52,125 nt of DNA from a virus (taxonomy: Duplodnaviria; Caudoviricetes): positions 1 to 52,125 of the IMG/VR virus record IMGVR_UViG_3300025642_000006; one strand, given 5' to 3'. Positions 37,701 to 47,400 of this stretch are shown in pieces. The position numbers were made by a program, and so were the translations under genes. Position 1 is the first letter of the stretch. Each line of letters opens with the position of its first letter. Below the pieces are notes generated by a model. The model was not told where the DNA came from. It did no database searches and was given only the letters and a program-made list of their open reading frames with translations.

Positions 37701-39354
37701 CCTAGCTCGTGAGTTTACCACCGATGAAGTAGGATCACTTAGAACCTATAAACTTCGTGCAACAGATGTATTACGCATAGCCAATGGAACCACCGCAGCA
37801 GAAAGACAGTGGTTGGATCGTGAATATGGCGGGATTACTAAACTATTGGGACCACAGTTAGAGGCATCCTACAATGCGCAGAATGAAGGCAAGAAACTAG
37901 AGATGATCGGTGGTTTCTATGCCACACTGTTAAGGGACTTTAAACCAAATACGCCTGAACAACGTATGGAGCGGCAACAGAACCCTCAATTTATATCCGA
38001 AGACTACAGAGAAGGCATTATTGCGCTCGATGTTGACAATACTCCTGCTACAAAGGCTAGGACGTTTAGTGATGCTCCGATCAAATGGATTGGCGCAGAT
38101 CGTATGTTAGAGAAGCATATTGCAGATGTAGCTAAGTACGTTAGCGGTAATCAGACGTGGAACGCATGGAAAGCCGGACTTCAAGACAACAAGAATGATA
38201 TAATCAAACGCTTTGGGGAATCCTACTACAGGAATATAATTTCAAATATAGAGAAGCAAGAAGGGGTTATTGATACCAGAAACGAGCAGGGAGAGCGTTT
38301 CGCAAACTGGGCACTAGGACGATTTACAAAGGTTATCTTGCAGAATCCGGTTACATGGGCAAAGCAAGTAGCTTCATTCCCAAGTTTTGCCGTTCCATTC
38401 GATTTCAAAGCATTAGGTTATGCGACTGCAAATCGAGCGACTGGTGAAGGTCGATCAATCATTAGAAAGATTCGAGAACAGTCACATACAGCACAGTGGA
38501 GATTAGAGAACGTCCGTGTAGAAACTGACTATTTGGGCGGATCTTCACAGTGGAGAGAAAAGTATAAAGCGTCAACAAAGTCTAAGTCATTGCTTGGGAA
38601 TATAGCCATGACTGGCAAGCTATCAGATATGGTTAGCAAGGTTACAGGTCGTGTAGACGCATGGACTATCAATGGTGGAATGCTTGCATCTTATGATTAT
38701 GTAAGGCGTACTACTAGTTTAAGGGGCGATGCCTTAATCAAAGAGGCTGCAAAGCAGTTTGATATAGCGCTAAATACTACTCAGGTAAGCGGAGAAATTG
38801 CATTCATGTCGCCATTGCGCTTATCCAGAGGCCCAATAGCCAGAACCTTCTCTTTCATGTCAGGAGCGACCTCAGCGGCATGGAATCATACGGCAACAGA
38901 TTTTCATAATTGGAGCAATAATAAAAGTGCAGCCAATACCGGACAGCTTATGAAGTCATTAACCGCAATTACAATGCAAGTAGCCATAGTAACGGCGATT
39001 AGCTATCAGATGAAGAAGCTCACATCAGATAACGATGAAGATGCAACAGATATTGCGTATAATGCGGCAAACAATGCTATAGCCATGACTCCTGCCGGTG
39101 GAGTTACTGGACCGGCTCTATTGTCGGCACTGGCTAAATATCTTGGCGATAATGCGCGAGCTTCTAAGCTGTCCTTTAGAGGCCGTGAAATGCCTCATCA
39201 AAAGCCATTCTCTCTGTTTAGGGACGCATTCGATGCAATACAGTCAGGGGATTCAGCAAAGGGTGCAAAGGCGATGCAGAAGCTGGCAGACTTCTTGTTA
39301 GGTCTCAATACGGAATACCCAACAAAGATATTACAAACCGCAAACGAGAATTGA
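31759..39354 (+). CDS. Giant (2531 aa) internal virion/DNA-ejection (polyvalent-type) protein
   Basis: Ala/Lys/Glu-rich helical; G/A-rich hydrophobic segments near both ends; degenerate zincin motif LDEVKHRG...EEM. Confidence 0.7.
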   Translation: MAESLYSVNKRIEEYDPSLLSLGERLALNDPQLRQSVQDTATRQQEKQQYEAKKDQFRVKATGAFDPPEPTTGDVIGDVLSDYKDGLDYVLGSPTRDTIKGALTLFGGDIDRNKPIEEWTTRDYMIQDMDDQNARANEWAQGSRKLIMDEYGTGAGVAWGTTMAGYQTAAAIVGTIYGSKAIPTGAAFTALGATGKTGAALANMTRIGAYKFVTTPGTMEERATQAARYVLYALTPFLSGPAAGKIAELIGSTAKQADYMAKFIDFFDNTAISAGLGLYSEVESQAKQTAQQDGKQWENLSTVEKFYYRLEKITPIALTDLIFSLSTKAQKPLSQIKAELSADPVGAELIKGIDLSKGSEKQFLKVFRGDYDSKSEVESKKILAENLVQKSGDTLKADAMNITGVLSGIKELDTPDKLRTALVTLRNLGLSQGTAQEALTKNGDTPREGGITDRERFVIGTLMPERMEAFDKDIENNKRAKQEYEQDEVLTASVMKDLTAGGTIGMENGLSTPEVMANIGKRTGETPSETLARSSKSLESVAQRVLENRLLAAKQNGIVYTSQEAAKDIEVLFKELGYDDADIKAWKKDPGDLFKVEAEPAKSIFDQRIAEAQGKAEWGKYEQVLQQKILAIEDMGENADMKVAIDETRDDLYPSATEAERASLDQWHKDAQRMVPVQGKEGIEQRAVRLSDEQKDFNTKADQAFDEAWGNLVSKGAAEKATMGEVADEVIERMGSKYDPSVVQQWRNANVPVEGQQSGYDKRIQSGERTQNIQQAYTKSIQDGTIPLTRDERISFIADKLGISKQEATQAVSESEPKPEVITPKEADYAKTYTAEQAKNAATARALELYSEHINGAFKDESGPNRTDILASIIAEEMKANHPNFSKADIKAAITEKMPWKSFKQSPEMKLLKIMEQKEVALEDAERNAATAEAKAKATQDKADFELARESQRIIYSKQATKEAIAMANERWPSAFNNTKRAAALEYLGKMSEDYGAKLTPNKEVLDSAFAEKKLTAAEKADAENRANQLYQKAEETYGLAKKAMEGQEDADNPIAIARNAVIAANRIDYPKGKKADLIDYIRAKSIDEMYKAGDNVIEADFGAAGGVKPSEPGLRVVGEPDAAQTLKTTPSPTTAKVDANDKAKVDAAAAKIAEEAKTLPNGGTLAELRDRLKKAGRTNGESIGEAKTIQDNARKSQIDKAKANIDPASKPTTAIWRTGKGYGYEVTIKSIENGVATLDNGAKVNVSELYNKTHANRSIPKSTTGIDKDLIVTGKIEYALDVLADKIATSKNQGEAEKAILRNDVLGKIVYGKAYDLKVELLKQELNDFLKNDKAITDPNRNSIDSYNKNDNAERAELSRAIDQVFANKLTDLARKRLPLEAEVSTRETILYSIFGKSYMPRNGDEFSENRSREWYNKRTFGGSMGTRVDTDPSLAQAPKIVEDVQKELIRLMKGDKNLIALLNTSKNEKEFIASVNEYVEKNQVAPGAKEAKNKDAVALKASVQSAAKFLEEVGSDRFLEILIAARDNYNAKGEVGKGDITASGLKELIGDNPLGVKITNAPESADKDTLASYSKDGIVIYADRMTSLAQAWRIMLDEVKHRGVEILGREGKGSWLDRIMSGYGKERWTGKLEETLRKYTDWDGKQDAKEYFETLKEDKGRVFEEMVVHAKTEMPTAYRKIMSDLKLRASKLFPGVKLSDKDLQAQLWKALEAGVKDEAFEAAEGIRSEKGAYEKKERIFETATTKFGSVSKAIEARDAAGYKGTWMKFVAENAPARNAPTTEQQGNRLSDVLFKDVMTHKPLADSTIDSIPGLRQARDVLHRATGAGETLPSALSRMGKKISQRAAEDFSAVIGENARIYMGVQKVKNSNRKLTKSIGLDRMDKNLGKDASGQVIRGTKAMRLTLSAYSRMGRLSEVVRAYQNASGGIDAKTKAANDAIAKISTQEGISEAQLKKTVYAFMGKKDTVDGKSVLRYDTNLAREFTTDEVGSLRTYKLRATDVLRIANGTTAAERQWLDREYGGITKLLGPQLEASYNAQNEGKKLEMIGGFYATLLRDFKPNTPEQRMERQQNPQFISEDYREGIIALDVDNTPATKARTFSDAPIKWIGADRMLEKHIADVAKYVSGNQTWNAWKAGLQDNKNDIIKRFGESYYRNIISNIEKQEGVIDTRNEQGERFANWALGRFTKVILQNPVTWAKQVASFPSFAVPFDFKALGYATANRATGEGRSIIRKIREQSHTAQWRLENVRVETDYLGGSSQWREKYKASTKSKSLLGNIAMTGKLSDMVSKVTGRVDAWTINGGMLASYDYVRRTTSLRGDALIKEAAKQFDIALNTTQVSGEIAFMSPLRLSRGPIARTFSFMSGATSAAWNHTATDFHNWSNNKSAANTGQLMKSLTAITMQVAIVTAISYQMKKLTSDNDEDATDIAYNAANNAIAMTPAGGVTGPALLSALAKYLGDNARASKLSFRGREMPHQKPFSLFRDAFDAIQSGDSAKGAKAMQKLADFLLGLNTEYPTKILQTANEN

Positions 39355-39386
39355 CAGCCATATACATAGTTGTTAAAGGGGATTTT

Positions 39387-42300
39387 ATGAGGAAGATAAT
39401 CAGCATAGCACTCTTTCTGATACTTGGAGCAATGGCACAGGGCTTTGTACCAAGCACCAGCACGGGAACATTCAGCCCAAGTACATCAGTAGGAGATTGG
39501 GATGCCTTTGCATGGGATTGGTCAGGTTATGACGACCAGCAAATAGAGGCAACCTTCGTTGCCGCATACACCTCAACAGGCCAGGTGACCTTTCGGCTGT
39601 CATATCCACTTCGCGGAGAGTGGTACCTTACCGTTAACAATAGTATCCTGAGTGCCGCATCCTTAAATAGCTTCCTTTCAGTAATGAACGTAGCTAGAAC
39701 AAACATACCTCCAGTAAAGAACTACTATGCAGAGTTTCTATATACCGAAGATGGAGAGACTAGAACCCTAGCAAAGGGACGTGTTAACGTATCATGGAGC
39801 TTATATCAGGGTACCAATGAAGCATCCTTCGTTCCGGCAAGCATTACTTATTCAATTACCAATAGTTATACCATATTAGGCATATCGAACTATGTGGCAA
39901 AAGTCGGGGATGAAATGACCGGCAATCTGATTATGTCCAATAATGCTGCCATAGTCTTTCGCAATGGTGGCAGAATTGAAGGTATTGGATACAGCGGGGC
40001 AGGCACAACAAACGTAATTATTGATGCTGACGGAAACGTAGGTATTAAAACAACGTCTCTCACAAAGGAACTCACCGTAAATGGTGATGTAATCGCTAAT
40101 TCTTATTATGGAAATGCTGCAACTCTTACTAACTATACCGAATCAGATGCAATATTTGTGGAATCAGTGGCGGGTGGTATTACCACGAACGATACGGCAA
40201 ACTGGGATACAGCCTATGGGTGGGAAAATCATGCTACATCAGGATATGCAAGCGTAAGCTATGCTGACGGCCTCGCTAGCGGCCTTTCGGTAGTAGATGT
40301 GGCTATCTATGCGGCGGCAAGCAATGCGGCCTCTACAGGGGCTTTAAACGCTGTTGCGGCGACTGTTGGAGTGGCATCAAACACTCTTAATACTAGAATC
40401 GCTAGTTTGAGTAATGGGCTAATATCCGCGAATGCTCAAATTACCTCTACCTCAGGAACCGTTTATACACTAGGCATTCAACTAGCTGCAGCCAGTAATA
40501 AGGCTAATACGGCCTATGGATGGGGAAATCCTGCCACGAATACCTATACTGCAAAGTCCTATGTAGACGGAATATCAAACGGATTGCACACTATAGACCT
40601 ATCTCTACAGTCACAAATAAACACCCTGTCAGGCACCGGAGATGTAGCGGAACTAGATAGTAGAATATATATTCTTGAGGGACGCACTTCTACCTATAAC
40701 AAAGCCTCTACAGATGCTATCGCCGCTACGAACTGGATTGGAACCAATAGCGCAAGAATTACAACTATTGAAGTATTAGGATCGAATACAGCATCTTCCC
40801 TTACTGCGTATAAGACCATTGCGCTAACCAACAACCAAACAAACATCACGCTAAAGGGAACCTTTGTTGGGAATGGTGCTGGATTAACCAATATCCCATT
40901 TGCGTCAGCAACAAATGTTGCAACGTGGTCTACCTTCCCTGCTACTGCTAATATAAATGCAGGAGAAAACCACCTTACGAATGTAGACAGTATAGCAGCA
41001 TCCGGCCTTATTACCGCTAGCTCTATGCATATATCTACCGCTACCATTGAGGAGTTCAGCGGAGATGACATAAACTTTAATGGCGGTGTTCTATATGATC
41101 TTATCGTAAGCAATGCTACTTACTATGGGAATGGCGCAGGGATTACCAACATACCCATTCAGACATCCGTTAGTGTGGGATACGGGTTAGAAGGTACTGG
41201 ATCAACAGGTGACCTTCTTAGGATAGATAGTGATGCCGTAGTAACGAACGAGCTAGACCCTGTGTTTAGCACATGGATCGGCACAAATACATACGTTCAG
41301 TCTGAAACGGACCCCTATGCGTTATACCTTAATGGAACGAAATCCATGACAGGAAACATTCTTCTTGGAACCAATTATGGCGCAGCTCCATCAGTAGCCT
41401 TTTCAAGAGGAGCGGGAGTATTGGCAAGAGATTATCTAAGTTCTACGGGAAGTGTTCTTCGATATAATGGCGTAGCAATCGTTAGCAATGGTGGAATAGT
41501 AGTGCCACTCGTTGGAGATGTAACCGGAACGAGTGCATCAAATGTACTTGGGTATTCTGTGGTAAAATTGAGCAATGTTGATGTGGATAGCCTTTCGTCG
41601 GAGTTCATGCGCTCAGGCTCTATCAATAGATTCGATAAGTTGTTAGTGGCAGATGAAGCAGCACTAGGTAGCGAGATCGTTAGCAATGGAACATTCGCTA
41701 GCGGAGAAGCATATTGGGCATTTAGTGGCGACGCCTACATTGCCGGCAGTCGTGCGCAAGTCGTAGATGGCCTTAGCGGAGTGATTGTATATACCAATTA
41801 TACCATAGTATCTAATGCTTACTACAAACTCAGCTTTGAAAAGGGTGGCACAAATGGAAGCCTCACGGCCTATCTTGGCACAGATAGTTATACTCCTAGC
41901 AGCAGTTCTTATGGAACTATGGTTAAATACTTTGAAAGTGATGGAGTTGGAAGTCAGCTAACCTTTGCTATTAGCGCAAATGCAGGAGTAACAGCATACC
42001 AATATGTAGATAGTGTTTCATTGAAGCGCGTAACAAACGGAGAGCTACGGGTAGTCGGGAATCTCTTTATTGATGGAAAACTACATGGAGATGGGAGTAG
42101 TCTGACTGGCATTTCGGTAGCAAATAGCATAACCAACAATCAAACCGGCGTCACCCTGAGCGGCACATTTGCGGGAACGCACACGGGCAGCGGTTCAGGT
42201 CTTACTTCTCTCCCGGCCTCTGTAGTCACTAACAACGCGCCAAGCGTCACCCTTGGTGGAACCTTTGCTGGCACTCATACCGGTAGCGGATCGGGGCTTA

Positions 42301-42869
42301 CGTCGGTTCCTTCCTTTGTAGTAACAAACGGCCAGACTAACGTCACGCTTGGCGGCAACTTCTCGGGGACATATACAGGAACTTATAATGGAGCCGTAGG
42401 AATATCAATGTACGGAAATGCGCTTCCGACAAACGACACCGCAGCTCAAAATTACGCGTTCTCCGATACTGCTCCGTTTATAAACTTAAACCCATTGTGC
42501 AAGCCAGTGTGGACTAATCGAACAATTGTCTTCACCAACAGTACTGACCCGGTCCTATTATTTACAAGCATTCCAATCGTTTCAGGAAATTCATATCGGG
42601 TGTCTGGAGTTGTTACTGGATCAACTCTTTATTTTAGCCAAATGAGCATTGGAGGAATAACAAACTATCTATCAGGAAATAATACGAATTACACCGGACT
42701 TTATGCAGCAATCAATACGAACTCTCTGCGCATGGTATTCTATATTGCTGCCGATCCTCTGGCATTTCCACCGGCTTATCTTACAAACCTATCGTTTTCG
42801 AGCTATTCATCGAATGACATAGGTCGTCTATGGAACGATCACGGAACCATGAAGTTGATGGGCTATTAA
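39387..42869 (+). CDS. Tail fibre-like protein with signal peptide
   Basis: MRKIISIALFLILGAMA-Q; YVAKVGDEMTGNL, GNVGI, GNGAGLTNI fibre motifs; CBM-like EIVSNGTF...VDSVSLK; ~32-aa repeats near 42090-42390. Confidence 0.8.
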   Translation: MRKIISIALFLILGAMAQGFVPSTSTGTFSPSTSVGDWDAFAWDWSGYDDQQIEATFVAAYTSTGQVTFRLSYPLRGEWYLTVNNSILSAASLNSFLSVMNVARTNIPPVKNYYAEFLYTEDGETRTLAKGRVNVSWSLYQGTNEASFVPASITYSITNSYTILGISNYVAKVGDEMTGNLIMSNNAAIVFRNGGRIEGIGYSGAGTTNVIIDADGNVGIKTTSLTKELTVNGDVIANSYYGNAATLTNYTESDAIFVESVAGGITTNDTANWDTAYGWENHATSGYASVSYADGLASGLSVVDVAIYAAASNAASTGALNAVAATVGVASNTLNTRIASLSNGLISANAQITSTSGTVYTLGIQLAAASNKANTAYGWGNPATNTYTAKSYVDGISNGLHTIDLSLQSQINTLSGTGDVAELDSRIYILEGRTSTYNKASTDAIAATNWIGTNSARITTIEVLGSNTASSLTAYKTIALTNNQTNITLKGTFVGNGAGLTNIPFASATNVATWSTFPATANINAGENHLTNVDSIAASGLITASSMHISTATIEEFSGDDINFNGGVLYDLIVSNATYYGNGAGITNIPIQTSVSVGYGLEGTGSTGDLLRIDSDAVVTNELDPVFSTWIGTNTYVQSETDPYALYLNGTKSMTGNILLGTNYGAAPSVAFSRGAGVLARDYLSSTGSVLRYNGVAIVSNGGIVVPLVGDVTGTSASNVLGYSVVKLSNVDVDSLSSEFMRSGSINRFDKLLVADEAALGSEIVSNGTFASGEAYWAFSGDAYIAGSRAQVVDGLSGVIVYTNYTIVSNAYYKLSFEKGGTNGSLTAYLGTDSYTPSSSSYGTMVKYFESDGVGSQLTFAISANAGVTAYQYVDSVSLKRVTNGELRVVGNLFIDGKLHGDGSSLTGISVANSITNNQTGVTLSGTFAGTHTGSGSGLTSLPASVVTNNAPSVTLGGTFAGTHTGSGSGLTSVPSFVVTNGQTNVTLGGNFSGTYTGTYNGAVGISMYGNALPTNDTAAQNYAFSDTAPFINLNPLCKPVWTNRTIVFTNSTDPVLLFTSIPIVSGNSYRVSGVVTGSTLYFSQMSIGGITNYLSGNNTNYTGLYAAINTNSLRMVFYIAADPLAFPPAYLTNLSFSSYSSNDIGRLWNDHGTMKLMGY

Positions 42870-42881
42870 AGGAGATTTAAG

Positions 42882-44462
42882 ATGCGTAGCATAGTTCTAA
42901 TAGCATTATTTATAACAGCCTCAGCACTAGCTCAGGACACCGTGCTAAACAACGTCTCAATCATAGGCGGTTCAGGGGTAGAATCCGATCCCATATTCAG
43001 CGCGTGGGTAGAAACAGGCTCAGTAACCGCTGTAGAGTCCGACCCGGTATTCACTAACTGGCTAGACGATACCTTCCCCGCTACCCTCCTTGCCGCCACC
43101 TCGCTGCTCACCAGCAACCTCACCTCCGAGGCATCCGCCCGGATCGAAGCAGATGCCGCAATAACCGGTCGCATTGACGTGGTCGAGACGACCGCGCTGA
43201 CCTCCGTGAGGTGCTCCGGCGGCTGGTACAACCCGGACTGGTTCACATTGGCCATGCGCCCGTATCCTTACACGGTAATCAGCGAGGGCGAGACCAACGC
43301 GGTCTACAGCGTGTACGTGTCCAGCGTGGTGGTGGATACCGCCGCAGGGCAACTGCTGGAGCCGTCAATCTTGCGCATGAGTACTTTCACTGGGGCCGTT
43401 GAATATGCGGCGCTTAGCAACTGCACGATTGCCACCGTGACCGTGACAAATTACCTGTGGGGCGAGGAGCAGGTTACGGATTATGACGCCGTGATATTTG
43501 ACGAAGACCTTGAAGCGGGCACCGTGGCAGAAATCACAGCCACGCTCAACAGCTTCGCCCGATCCACCAGCCTGACCTACGCCGTGAGCAACCTCTACAC
43601 CTACAATCAATATCAGGGCGATGTGCCCGGATCACTCCGCGCCTACATCAACACGTCCTTGCAGGCTCGCGCAAGTGTGAGCAATCGCACGATGAACCTC
43701 TATGAGGACGGCTGGCCCACGACATGGACCCGCAATACGAACCTTTGGTGCGCTGGTGTGGATTTGACGTGCGCCTCGCCCTATAATTCGTTTGGGAACC
43801 CCGCCGAAAAGGGCGGAGTGGCCATCACCCGGCAGCATATCGCCTTTGCGGCTCATTATCCAATCACCAACGGGGCATCGTTGCTGTTTGTGGACGGGAC
43901 CAACGGCCTGTATTGGCGAGCGATGACGGACAGCCGGACCATCCCCGGCACGGATTGCCGAATCGGCCTGCTGGCCTCTGCGCTACCTGCAACCATCACC
44001 CCCGCGCAGCTCATGCAGGCATCCGACAACGGGCGGTTTCTTGGGGCGCTCAACATGGACGGCGGTATAGGAATCCGCTCAATCCACCTCAAGGCGGTAG
44101 AGAGCAACGACCCCAAAACCTTTGCAAAGTGGGCCTGCTCCGCCCGCATCACCGAGGCCGATACGACAGGCGGCATGATGGGACGCGACATTGCCGCCAT
44201 CGGCAGGACGGCGGACAGCCCTTATTCAGCCGCAGTCATTGTTGGTGATTCGGGGCAACCAACCTTTGTTGTGATCGGAACGAACACGGTGCTCTATTCG
44301 ACGTTTCATAGCTCGGGCGGAGGCCCAAATATCGGCGTACTTGCCCCGCAGATCGAAACGGCCATTGCCGCAATGGGAAACACTATCTACACCAATCTGA
44401 ACTATATCAATCTGGATTCCTGGCGTGATTACAACATGCCGCCCGTGATGGGAGGAGAATAA
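42882..44462 (+). CDS. Signal-peptide fibre-associated protein with a trypsin-like serine protease domain
   Basis: MRSIVLIALFITASALA-Q; ESDP repeats; GVAITRQHIAFAAHY, TDCRIG, GDSGQP give an H-D-S triad. Confidence 0.78.
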   Translation: MRSIVLIALFITASALAQDTVLNNVSIIGGSGVESDPIFSAWVETGSVTAVESDPVFTNWLDDTFPATLLAATSLLTSNLTSEASARIEADAAITGRIDVVETTALTSVRCSGGWYNPDWFTLAMRPYPYTVISEGETNAVYSVYVSSVVVDTAAGQLLEPSILRMSTFTGAVEYAALSNCTIATVTVTNYLWGEEQVTDYDAVIFDEDLEAGTVAEITATLNSFARSTSLTYAVSNLYTYNQYQGDVPGSLRAYINTSLQARASVSNRTMNLYEDGWPTTWTRNTNLWCAGVDLTCASPYNSFGNPAEKGGVAITRQHIAFAAHYPITNGASLLFVDGTNGLYWRAMTDSRTIPGTDCRIGLLASALPATITPAQLMQASDNGRFLGALNMDGGIGIRSIHLKAVESNDPKTFAKWACSARITEADTTGGMMGRDIAAIGRTADSPYSAAVIVGDSGQPTFVVIGTNTVLYSTFHSSGGGPNIGVLAPQIETAIAAMGNTIYTNLNYINLDSWRDYNMPPVMGGE

Positions 44463-44463
44463 C

Positions 44464-47400
44464 ATGACCCGTATCATATCCGCACTGTTGATCCTCCTCG
44501 CGGCATCCGCCCACGCGCAAGTGATCGGCGTCCTATCCAACCTGCTCGCCACGGCGGCCACCCCCGCTGAACTCACCGAGACGGTGCTGGAACTCAACTC
44601 CATTGTTATCAACGCTGGCGATATGCACGACCTGCGCGTCGGCGACGGAGTGACCCCTGGTGGCGTCCGAGTGTGGAACACCGACGCGCTTACCGAGCCG
44701 CCTCGCTCCTACCCGCACGGATTCGCGATGAACGGAAACACGATCTCGCTGAATGGGTCCTACACCATCGGCGCGGAAGGCCCACTTTGGTATCTCCGGT
44801 GCAATGGGTCGAACGTAATGTCCGTGCTGGCTAACTCCGGCTCGCTGGGCACGACCATCAGCGAGACCTACGCGGGGAGCAACATTCTGCGCGTGGTGGT
44901 GGCTGTCGAAGACGAGGCGCTTGATCCTCTCGTTGAATACTCGCAAAGCCTCATCACCCCGGCATGGACCGATTGCGTGTATACCGTGACCCGCCCGACC
45001 ACCAACCTTGTTCAGATCGACATTGAGATTCCAGAGGACGCCACCAACGGATATTTCAGGATCACCGCGCTCTCCGGATTCCGCGTGCGCTTTGGCATCC
45101 CGCTGGAAGCCCCAAGCGCGAGCGTAAGCGGTGGGCTGACCCTTGGTGGCACAACGAACGTCATCACCGACGATGGGACCAACCTAACCCGTAACGGCGT
45201 ACTGATTGCAGGCACAGGCGGAACAGGCAGCGGCTTCCCGGCCACCAACCACATGAACGCGGCTGGATACAACCTGACCAATCTCAACATCGCACAGGGC
45301 ACCACGGCCAACTTTGGGACGCTAAACGCGACCACGGTCAACGGGACGATCTTCAACGGGCGTGATATGACCTTGTCGGGCAACCTGAATATTGCCAGCA
45401 ATCTGAATTATACCATCAACCAGCAAACGACGGTCTACCTTGGGACCAACTACATCACCAACATCAACGTAACGGCACGGTGGACCACAAACAACACGTA
45501 CCTCTACACTAACGTCGTCGAGACGCATACGGCGTGGTACACCAACTACGTCACCTATGACACCTACATCAACAACGGAGGGTATTTCAACGCCTCAAAC
45601 GCGAATTGGGTAGCCTTCCCCGGCCTGTATATCGAGGGGACGAACACCGCGGCATCCGGCGTATGGGATTTCACTGACGCGATCGTATTGGGGCTAGGCG
45701 CAGGCACCGTCACCAACGCAGGGTACGGCCTCATAATGACCAACAACGTGATCGCCATTGATACAAGCATCGTCGCCACCGGCACACCGCTCTACGTCTA
45801 CAGCGAGACGGACCCAGCATTTGCTGCATCATCTAACTTGTTCTTACAGGCTGAAACTGATCCAGCCTTCACGAATTGGCTCGGTACCAACACCTACATC
45901 AAAACCGAATCCGACCCCGTCTGGGCATCCGAAAAGTCAAGCTATGCCACCGGCACCCCGCTCTACGTCTACAGCGAGACGGACCCGGCATTCACCAACT
46001 GGGTTGAGACGACCTTCACCAATGCCGTGACCAGCTTAGTCGCACAGGTGTCCGTTGCAGGCGTGTCCAGCGTAGAGGGGATCACAGGCGCGGTGCTAAT
46101 CAGCGGCGCCACCAACTCGGGCCAGACCATCTATCTGCCTGCATCGAGCGGCGCAACACAGACCAACACCATCACAGACACCATGACACAGCCGCTAAGG
46201 CTCTCTGGTGGGTTCTACGTTGGGACTGACACCAACCTAATCACCAACGTGGTTGAAGGTGCTGAGGGCTCAGGCACCCTAACAAACATCGTAATCAACG
46301 GGACCATGGGAACGACTACAGGTGCTCTGGCTTATGTTACCGTTGCGGGGGGAGGTGGCGGAATATCTGGGATAATAACTGATGCTACCTACACAAACGA
46401 CATGAGCGTTATGCAGACCGTAACGAATACGTACACTCTCACACCTGTGATCGAAAAAATTGTTTTGCGTGCAGAAACAACCAACCGCCCATTTAGCAAA
46501 TCAGTTATTGTTGATCTTTTTCACGGTGCAACGATAGCACCGGAGGCCCGTCAGCTCCGCGAGTCGTTTACATTCGAGGCTGTTGATTTGCAAACAAACG
46601 TAACATCTGGAGACTCAGAAATTGGCATTATACAGGCTCAGCAGTTGTATGACGACGATTTGTGCTATCTATCTGATAATGCGTCAACATCGGAGTATGT
46701 GCGGATTTTGTCGTCGGTTGATAGTGGGAGCTGGAATACGGACTATGATAGCACCGAAGCAGACATCTATTCCCTAGCTGTCTACGATGGCAAACTGTAT
46801 GCTGGTAGTGCTACTGGCGGCAAGGTTTTTGTGTATGATGGAACAACATGGTCAGAGTCTTATGATAGCACAGAAGAACGCATCTATTCCCTAGCTGTCT
46901 ACGATGGCAAACTGTATGCTGGTAGTGGTCCTGGCGGCAAGGTTTTTGTGTATGATGGAACAACATGGTCAGAGTCTTATGATAGCACAGAAGGATTTAT
47001 TCGTTCCCTAGCTGTATACGGTGGCAAACTGTATGCTGGTAGTGCTACTGGCGGCAAGGTTTATGTGTATGATGGAACAACATGGTCAGAGTCTTATGAT
47101 AGCACAGAAGAACGCATCTATTCCCTAGCTGTCTACGATGGCAAACTGTATGCGGGTAGTGGTACTGGCGGCAAGGTTTTTGTGTATGATGGAACAACAT
47201 GGTCAGAGTCTTATGATAGCACAGAAGGATACATCTATTCCCTAGCTGTCTACGGTGGCAAACTGTATGCGGGTAGTGGTACTGGCGGCAAGGTTTTTGT
47301 GTATGATGGCTCAACATGGTCAGAGTCTTATGATAGCACAGAAGGATACATCTTGTCCCTAGCTGTCTACGATGGCAAACTGTATGCTGGTAGTGGTACT

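Noticed and set aside
39351-39380. Internal promoter at TTGACA before the first fibre gene
   Set aside because: The matching -10 position (TAAAGG) is poor and overlaps the RBS; insufficient support
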